This document shows, in pieces, positions 55,571 to 64,000 of a stretch of 64,000 nucleotides of DNA. Source of the DNA: the human T2T-CHM13v2.0 reference genome, Homo sapiens. The position numbers were made by a program, and so were the translations under genes. Positions within the stretch are counted from its first letter, which is position 1; every line of letters starts with the position of its first letter. The notes under the pieces were generated by a model that was not told the DNA's origin, ran no database searches, and saw only the letters and a program-made list of their open reading frames with translations. The stretch lies in NCBI RefSeq assembly GCF_009914755.1, contig NC_060926.1. One strand, written 5' to 3'.

Positions 55571-57439
55571 AAGTCAGTGCTCAGGGGACTGAGAAGGTAG
55601 CAGTTGGGCCTCAGGGGCTGCTGGGCTCCCTCTGGTACCCCTTATCTCTGGTATTTGATTTTCGAGGCCCCTGACGGCGATCCCTTGCAAATCCTTCCAA
55701 GGAGGCTGGGCTGCGTGTGCGTTCATGTGTGGTTGTGGTTAGAGGCTGGGTCCATGCGTCTGCGAATGGGGAACAGTGCCTTCAGGAAGTCATAGCCCGG
55801 ATCAGAGAGCAAGGCAGACACCACGGCTATGATGCTGGCCATGGTCCAGAGAGCTGAAAAAAATTCCCATCAGCTCTGAGTGAATGCCTGGGGGGCTGCG
55901 GGAATGGAGCTGGGTTGAGGTCTGGAGTCCTTAAATCATGGAATCTTCCAGAACAAAATCTCCCCATGTTGCATCAGTTAGTGAAAGCCCTGGATAGTCC
56001 AGCCTTGAAGTATCTTTAGGGAGAAAATGGGAGGAGAAATGGTTTCACCTCGTTTTGAATGGAAAGTTAATTGCTTTTTGGAAAGTTGTTTTCAGCCAGA
56101 TGAGGACCACACAGAGGAAAAATAAAACACACACACACACACATTGCCCGCGGATGGGAGTTTAGCCAACAGTGACAATAGCCGTCTGCTTCTCCGAGTC
56201 TGATGGACACTGAGGGCAACCCGAGGCAGGGCCATTGTTTACCCTGACAGCTTAACAGCAGGCTTGAAGGGAGGGGAGGCTGCAATGGCAGTGGGGAGCT
56301 GTGAACACTTAATCCGTCACAGAAACTTCGAGGGAATCAGGCGCCGTGGAGCCCAGACCGGCCAAACCCTTAATTGTTGGGCAATTCGCTGTCTTGGCTG
56401 CCCTCAACTGAACCTGTTAGATACCAGCACAGCACATCGGGCAAGGACCTGCCGTGTGGGAGGGCCCTCGGGAGGGTGTGGACACCTTGTTCCTCGGGAG
56501 ACATGGGACATATGATGGATATTCACCTGTCCACTGTACTTGTCTCATTTATTCAAATTAACTGGTGCCCAGAGCTGGAAAGAAATGAATCTGGACTCAG
56601 ACAAAGATGAATTGCAGTAAAAATGGAAATTACAATTCAGAAAACTAATATCGTCAGGCCACTGGGATTTTATTAGCTAATCCGGGCTATGATATTGGAC
56701 TTCTGAAAATGTTGCTTTGATTAAATTTTTGCCTTGTATCCACAAGGACTTGTCAGGATATGTGTCTAGCGATGCGGGGAAGGAGTAGCACAGCCTGTGA
56801 GGAGCTGCTAACACCCTTTTCCTTTTCTCGTGTTTTTGTTTTGTTGCCCAAGTACATCAACTTCTTGAAGCTGACAATGCTTGAAGTCGTATTAGACCCA
56901 AAATGACAAGCCACCACATAAGACCACGGTCAAGCATTATTCAGATTTCTCAGGATGGCTACCCATCTTGTAGCTGGTATTGGGGTACTGTAGGCCCCCG
57001 GGCAGTGAGCGTGCAGCGTGTGAAAGGAAACAGCATGGCCGTTAACTTGGGATGCTCTTGCAGCTCCCCGCATCCTTATCTTGTGCATTCTCTGAATTGC
57101 TGATATTCAGCTTTTTCCCTTGACTATGTCTTTAGCACCTTGACTCCTTGACTCAGGTCATCCACCACAAGCTCTGGCCACTCCATCCTCACCACCCCTA
57201 TGGCATCAGAACTGACCCTGACCTACACCCCCGCTGTGTCTCTAGGGAGGATCTTGCCAGCCCAGGCTCCTAAGCCTGCAGTATCCAAATCGTGTCCTTC
57301 TGAATTCGGTGAGGGGGTATCAAACCATTCCCTGCAGAGTCTCTGTACCTGAGATCCTCCAGCACAAGTTGTGTCTTTCAATTTCTTTCCAGGGCTTCCC
57401 AGGAAGTAGACTCTGCTAGAAACCCATTGTCTAAGTAGC

Positions 57440-57730
57440 AATGTAGATATTTAGGGAGCAGTGCCGGGAGCAACCCTCAACCACTGAGGAAGGAAGACAA
57501 TAGATGATGGCCCCTTAGCCTGAATCCCTGGAGGGGTCCTTCCAAGGGTCTCAGGCAGGATTGAGTTCTCTCTGTCCTTGGTGAGCATCTTAGTAACATA
57601 CACTTATATTGTCTTTCTTTCCTCTTCTCACTCCCTCAGGTCTTTTGCTCTAGTTCCCTGGGATCATCTCCATGAAAATCTAGATGCTCATAAGTGCTTT
57701 ACTTCAGGGGCTTTTATGGAGGAGTCAGGG
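57440..57730 (+). mobile_element. LTR16-like ERVL LTR fragment
   Basis: gcaaccctcaaccactgagg...ggattgag...cctgggatcatctcc. Confidence 0.6.
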
Positions 57731-57789
57731 GATAGAGAGGCAAGCCCGCCATCTGCTAAGTCCCAAGTCTCACCAAGAGTGTGAAAAAC

Positions 57790-58040
57790 AATGATAGCAC
57801 TTAATTATTGCCCACTTCCAAGATGTCAGGTACTGTGCAAAGTGCTTTGTAGGCATTATTTTATTTAATTCTCACAAATATTTTACATGGTAAACACTAT
57901 TTTATCCCCATTTTACAGGTGAGGAGACTGAGACTGAATCAACGGAGAAGCAGAGGAACTTGCCCAACCAGGTTCCATGGCTCAGACTTGGTAAAACTGG
58001 AATTTAATTCAAGCAGGCAGAATTTGGTCTGACCACGGAA
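57790..58040 (-). mobile_element. MIR
   Basis: atccccattttacaggtgaggagactgag core. Confidence 0.85.
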
Positions 58041-60629
58041 AACATGGCCTCCACAATTAGTTAATTAATTTTTTAAAGATAAATGAATTTCCTTTGTACT
58101 GCTTGAACTTATGAGGCTTTCAGTTATCTGGGAATGATGGACCAAAAAAACAAACCAACCAAACAACGACGGGAGTTACAAGGAACACTGTTGCCTTGAA
58201 ATGCTGAGCAGGTCTCTGAGACTCTGTAATTCAACCTTCTGCCTGAAGATAGCAAGGATCAGAAAACAAGGGTGGCAGTGGAGCTACATTAATTTGAAGG
58301 AAGGGTTGGCCCATTCAGTGCCCTTAGTCTTGTCATTTTTTAGGATAATTAGAAATGGATTGAAACCCAGAGAGCCCAGACTCCCCGCAGGACGTGTGCT
58401 TCCTTCTCAGGCAGCATATTAAAGGCCCTCCTGCATTCTTTCCATGTAATTTGATAATGCTGATAAAATCATTTATCATCCTGTGAGCTGCACTGACTAT
58501 CTTATTAGAAAATATAACTGGAGGCTCTGAATGTGGCTGATCCTGACATGCTTTAATTAGGGCTTAAAAAATATGGGCATGGGTTTCTGTTGCAAGGTGG
58601 GGACGTAACTCGTGAGCGTTTAACTCCTACCTCCCCTTACTCACATGCATGATCAAAGAAACGTGAGAAAAGGAAAAGTTCTGTATCTTCACTGGAAAAT
58701 AGAAAGGCTGCCATCAACAGGCTGAAAATGATGAGGAATTTCTGCAGATCAGAGGGACTAAGATGTCTATAACATAACAAAGCAGAATTCTCACTGGACA
58801 CCCCCAAATCCTGGAACGGTTCTGTCTTCTTTAAAGTCTATGGTTGCACTGCAACGTGTCTCAGAGTTTCACCTTAGGATCACTGCGGTGCAGTCATCTG
58901 ATTACAATGATGACTAACCTCAGGAGTACGGCCTTCCATGCCAGAATCCTTGGAGGTTGCTCAGGAATCTGCATTTGCCTGAAGTTCCCCAGGGATTCTA
59001 TGCACAGACAGGGCAGCCTCAGCAACGCGATACACAGATTTTCGTATCGTAAGGTGACGTAAAATGCCAGGCTTTGAACACACACGTTTGCAGAAGAAAG
59101 ACTGCCAGAGGCCAAAGCTACTCATTTTGAGCTTTTCCATTTCATTCTCATAGTGGCCAACAGACATGGTGGCCATTTAAAAGATTTCTGGGCTTCCCTG
59201 AAATGCTGTTTCCCTTCCTGCTGAGGTTCTCCTACCCCCAGAAATTGACAAAAGCCTGCACACACTCCTGTCTGTCCTCTCTCGCGCGGGCCATCTTACC
59301 TGTGGTGTGGATGACAAGCACAGCTGCCAGGCCATTCCCGGCTTGTCTCTCGGCTCACCCTCCCACCGCTAATCACCTCCCCTCACCAGTGCCAGAAAAA
59401 CCCATCTGAAAGGCAAATCTCTTGTAGCACACAGGGAGAATCAGAGAAGCAGGAAGGAACAAAGTGCCCTGTAACTCCCTTTACACTTCTTTGTTGACTT
59501 GTCCGGAATGAATTGAGGAAAGTCCCATCGCTGTTTGGTTGGTTTGGTTTTTTTGGTCCATCATTCCCAGATAACTGAAAGCCCTCCAGCTGCATGTAGT
59601 TCCAAGATCAGTCTCATTTTAATAATTAAAAAATCCTGTAAGTTGTCATGTCAAAACTTTGAATGGTTTCCATCCAGTTGAGAGCATCTTCCCTCTCTCC
59701 AGCCCCCAGCTTCTGGCTTCCAGGGCTGAAGAGAAGTGAGCAGCTGATGACCCGCCTCTTCCACCTCTGGCATGGCCTGGGCCTGCTGTCAGAACTGTCC
59801 CGCGGGAGGGTCTGATAGTGCAGGGGCTTGGTGCTTACTGTTCTGGGCAATGCCTTTGCTAGTGCATGGACTTGGTGCTTATTGTTCTGGACAATGCCTT
59901 TGGAAATTTTCAGAGCTCTGTCTCAGGTCTTGGGTTCAGGACAAAGTCGCCTACTTCTTATCAAAACCCAGCACCGCTTCCTTTCCTCCTCGGGCTAAAC
60001 CCAGTATGTCCTTCTACCCTGTCCCCCCCATTGCCAGAGCCTCGCCCAAGGTCTTCAGGCCCTTGTCCTGTACCTGCTACTCTGTCACTTGCTGTTTCCT
60101 CTGGGTGGAACGCTTCCTGCATCTCTGGCCCCTGGCTGGCCACTCCCATCTGGCCACGTCCCATTTATCTTCCAGGCCTCTGTTAGATGTCCCTTCCTTG
60201 AGGAGGCTGCCCACCTGGACAAATGCCCTCCAGTGTGTCCTGAGGACCCCATAATCCCCATCATAATGCTCCTCATGTTATAGCCACTGAGTCTCTCCTG
60301 TGCAGAACTGTAGGATCGTTGCCAAGCACAGAATCATAATAAGTACCTAAAAAATAATTGCCAAAAGAATGAATTAAAGACACGATTCTACAGCCTTGAG
60401 CAGCAGCACCAGGCAGGCAAGCCGTCATTCAGCCTGTCTCAATAGGCCTATGTGGAGCTGTGTCAGTGGCCTTACAGGAGCTCCTGCGGTCCATTCTGGC
60501 AAGTGTTGATTTACAGGTTTGCTTTTCCAAAAGTTAGTGAGCCCTCTAACGAGTCTGCGTCTTGTTCATCTTAGTAGAGGTATCACTCATGATAGTGCCC
60601 TGGGGTCTCTAAGGATTTGCTGAAAGAAT

Positions 60630-60760
60630 AAATGGATGGATGGATTAATGGAAGGGAGGGGGAAAGGAAGGGAGGGAGGAAGGGAAGGAAGAAGGGTAGA
60701 AGGAAGGGAGCGAAGGACGAACAGATGAATGGACGGAAGGATGGATGGATGAAGGAATGA
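60630..60760. repeat. (TGGA)n / (GGAA)n purine-rich low-complexity tract
   Basis: ggatggatgga and ggaagggagggaggaaggg units. Confidence 0.85.
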
Positions 60761-62476
60761 GTAAGTGCAAATAGAAATCTGATCTGGGAGCATGCGGCCC
60801 ATTTCTCTGTGTTAGGACTCAAGTCCTGTGTTGGGTTGAAAATTTTATGTTTTTAATAGGTTGTATTTTATGTTAGTTTCTTCTGCATTAATCCTTACTC
60901 CAAAATAAAGGTATGTATGATTTCTCTGAATCCATCTAGTCATTTATTCATTCAACACACATGGGGTGAGGTCTGCCTCAGGGTTCCTGCCATTTCCCTG
61001 GAGAAACTGAGCACTAACCATTAAGAAAGCTTAGCTCTGGCTTAAATTTGTATCAGGCTTTCTCTGTAGAATAAAATTCAGGATAAGCATCATCTAGAGT
61101 GCCTTGTAATTCATCAACAAAGAAATAGTTTTTAAAAGAGTGACTTATGGTAACAGAGCATATTTTATTGTTATTTTCATTGTTTTTGTTTTTAAGAAAG
61201 CATAATGTACAATTTTTCCATTTTGTAGTTTATTAACTCATCTTAGTTCTATTTTTCCAGTATGTTTGTATGTATGTCTCTCTCTCATCCATCCACCTCT
61301 ATCTGTCTGTCTATCAATCAATCATCTTTAGACTGCTTATTCTCATGTTTCTACATATCTTGTTCTTTTATATCTTGCATACAATATTCACACATATATA
61401 ACAGTTCTCTAAATATAGAGTACTATATTGAAAAGTATAAAGTATATGAATAAAGCATACCACATATGTACCTGGCGTTTTCATGTGTGAATAATGAAAT
61501 TTTGCTAATTAGCCAATTCTAGTGATCATAGATATAGGTCTCCGATTATTTGGGTGCTTCTATTTTTAGCTCATGTTTAAGTTTTTGGACACACATGAAT
61601 GTCCTCTGGGCCTGCGTGAAGAGGTGCACTGTCAAGGCGGGTCTGATCCAGGAATGGCAAAACATGCCCCTCCCCAGCCTGGCAGCGCTTCCACGGTGAC
61701 TTGAGATGATGTATGGCCACGCACGGGCTTGTTATGGCACATCCCTTGATAACTCTGTGTAATTAATTGGATGCCATCTGATGCGGCAGCAGGTTAGACA
61801 TTTAAGAAATAAAAAGTTGTCCATGCCCCACGGAGCACATCTGTTTAATGGCATAATTCAAATTAATTTCCAACGATTCCATAAGAGCTCATGGCACTGT
61901 TCCACGACTTTCTGCCTGATGGCCTCTCGGGTGCTGCAGGCAGGCTCCGGAGTGCCATTCAGTCTGGCAGCTCTTGAGTCTGGTCACATGACGCATGTCT
62001 TTCTTAAACTCTTATTTTTAAATAACTACACGCCTACAAAAAAATGGTGAAAACAGTACCCAGAGTTTCTAAATTCCTTTCCCCAACTCCCTCAAATGTT
62101 CAGATCATTATACTATAATGATCAAAACCAGAGTCTTATGATCAATACAACCCTATTAACTTGTATACAAACCTTATTTGAATTTTACCGGTTGTCCCCG
62201 AGATCATGTTTCTGCCTCAGGATCCAACCCAGGATCCCTCATTGCATGTATTTCTCATGTTCCTTTCTCATATTTAATTTGGAACAGTTCTTCCATCTTT
62301 CTTTGTCTTTTATGACCTCAGTGTTATTTTTAAGAGTACTGTTTCTGTTTTATTATTTTCTGTTTTATTATTATTATTGTTTGTTTCTGTTTTATTATTA
62401 TTATTTTTAAAATAGACTGTGCCTCAAATTGGGTTTTTCTGTGTTTTCTAGTTAGGTTAAGATGATGTACTTTTGG

Positions 62477-62797
62477 GGCCGGGTGTGGTGGCTCATGCCT
62501 GTAATCCCAGCACTTTGGGAGGGCAAGGCCGGCGGATCATTTGAGGTCAGGAGTTCAAGACAGCCTGGCCAACACGGTGAAACCCCATCTCTACTAAAAG
62601 CACAAAAATTAGCCGGGCGTGGTGGTGCATGCCTGTAATTCCAGTTACTCAAGAGGCTGAGGCAGTAGAATCGCTTGAACCTGGGAGGCAGAGCTTGCAG
62701 TGAGCCAAGATCCTGCCACTGCACTCCAGCCTGGGCAACAGAGCAAGACTCCATCTCAAAAAATAATAATAATAATAAATAAATAAATAATTAAAAA
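62477..62797 (+). mobile_element. AluS element
   Basis: 18-bp TSD aagatgatgtacttttgg at 62459 and 62798. Confidence 0.96.
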
Positions 62798-62958
62798 AAG
62801 ATGATGTACTTTTGGCAAGAATGCCACAGAAATGATACTGTGACCTTCTCAATGCACCATAACAGGAGATACGTGATGTGGCTATGTCTCATTACTGATC
62901 ATTACTTGGTTAAGGTGGTATCTGCCAGATTTCTCCACAGTTACTATTTTCCCCTTGG

Positions 62959-63290
62959 TTTTTTTGTTTGTTTGTTTTGTTTTGTTTTGTTTTGTTTTGA
63001 GATGGAGTCTTGCTCTGTCACCCAGACTGGAGTGCAGTGGCACAATCTCAGCTCACTGTAAGCTCTGCCTCCCGGGTTCATGCCATTCTCCTGCCTCAGC
63101 CTCCTGAGTAGCTGGGACTACAGGCACCTGCCACCACGCCCAGCTACTTTTTTTATTTTATTTTATATTTTTAGTAGAGACGGGGTCTCATTGTGTTAGC
63201 CAGGATGGTCTTGATCTCCTGACCTCGTGATCCGCCCGCCTCGGCCTCTGAAAGTGCTGGGATTACAAGCGTGAGCTACCGTGCATGGCC
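62959..63290 (-). mobile_element. AluY-like element
   Basis: aagctctgcctcccgggttcatgccattctcc and gtgttagccaggatggtc Y diagnostics. Confidence 0.93.
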
Positions 63291-63836
63291 TCCCCTTTGT
63301 GTTTATTAAGTATCTTATGGGGAGATGATTCAAAACTATGCAAATATCCTGTCTTTTATTATCCTTTTTGCCTACTCAGCATCTATCGATGATTCTTGCC
63401 TATGACAATTACTACTGTGATGTTGCGAAAGGATCATTTTCTATTTCTACTTTCTACTCCTTCTACACTGGTTAATTGGAACTCTCCTGTAAGGATGAGC
63501 TTAGTTACATCAAATTACTTCTTTGTATCACTATGAAAGGAAAGCTATTTCTTTCATTCTGTGGGTTATAATTCACTGATGTCATTATTTATTTTATTGC
63601 TCAAATCGTCCCAGATTTGTCTATTGAAAATGCCTTCTTCTTGTTTGGTTGGTTTTCGTTTTGTTACAAGCCTCCATCATTTTTTCAGCACTTGCATGCA
63701 GCATATCTTAAAATCCCCAGTTCTGTGACTGGCACTATTATAGGTCTAACGGAAATTAAGATGAGGCAATGTGGCATTCTCCTGACATTTAAACTGAGTC
63801 AGATAACAATGTCCCTAAATATAATATCATTATCAT

Positions 63837-64000
63837 TTCTTATTTTATTTATTTATTTATTTTTTTGAGAAGGAGTCTCGCTCTGTCGCCCAGGCTGGAG
63901 TGCAGTGGCACGATCTCGGCTCAATGCAAGCTCTGCCTCCCAGGTTCACGCCATTCTCCTGCCTCAGCCTCCTGAGTAGCTGGGACTACAGGCACCCCCC
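63837..64000 (-). mobile_element. AluY-like element (cut by window end)
   Basis: gcaagctctgcctcccaggttcacgccattctcc. Confidence 0.92.

Larger units (their letters stand above)
62010..63720 (-). mobile_element. Old L1 (L1MC-like) 3' region interrupted by Alus
   Basis: caggatccaacccaggatccctcattgcat and cttggttaaggtggtatctgccagatttctccac motifs typical of L1MC 3' ends; boundaries approximate. Confidence 0.75.

Overview
Primate (most likely human) non-coding genomic DNA, CpG-depleted and repeat-rich. It contains about 15 Alus (J, S and Y types), MaLR/ERVL/ERV1 solo LTRs, hAT and mariner MITEs (MER20, MER1B, MER53, MER58A, MER63A, MER96, MER102, MADE1), old L1, L2 and MIR fragments, and long degenerate TG/CA tracts. 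I found no credible protein-coding exon, CpG island, tRNA/rRNA or prokaryotic-type system; the supplied ORFs look like chance or repeat-derived frames. The unique sequence between repeats has several motif-dense, enhancer-like segments, consistent with a gene desert or large intron, but I cannot name the locus. The most notable unexplained structures are: (1) a ~395-bp inverted duplication at 48.5-50.0 kb around a ~750-bp spacer; (2) a diverged ~110-bp direct repeat of unknown origin at 12.35 and 13.37 kb; (3) a ~53-nt near-perfect hairpin at 40.3 kb; (4) two MLT2 LTRs joined tail-to-tail at 52-53 kb; (5) a 40-nt U2 snRNA 5' pseudogene fragment at 42.5 kb. None is shown to be a new biological system. 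Repeat family calls are from recalled consensus sequences and need RepeatMasker/Dfam confirmation.
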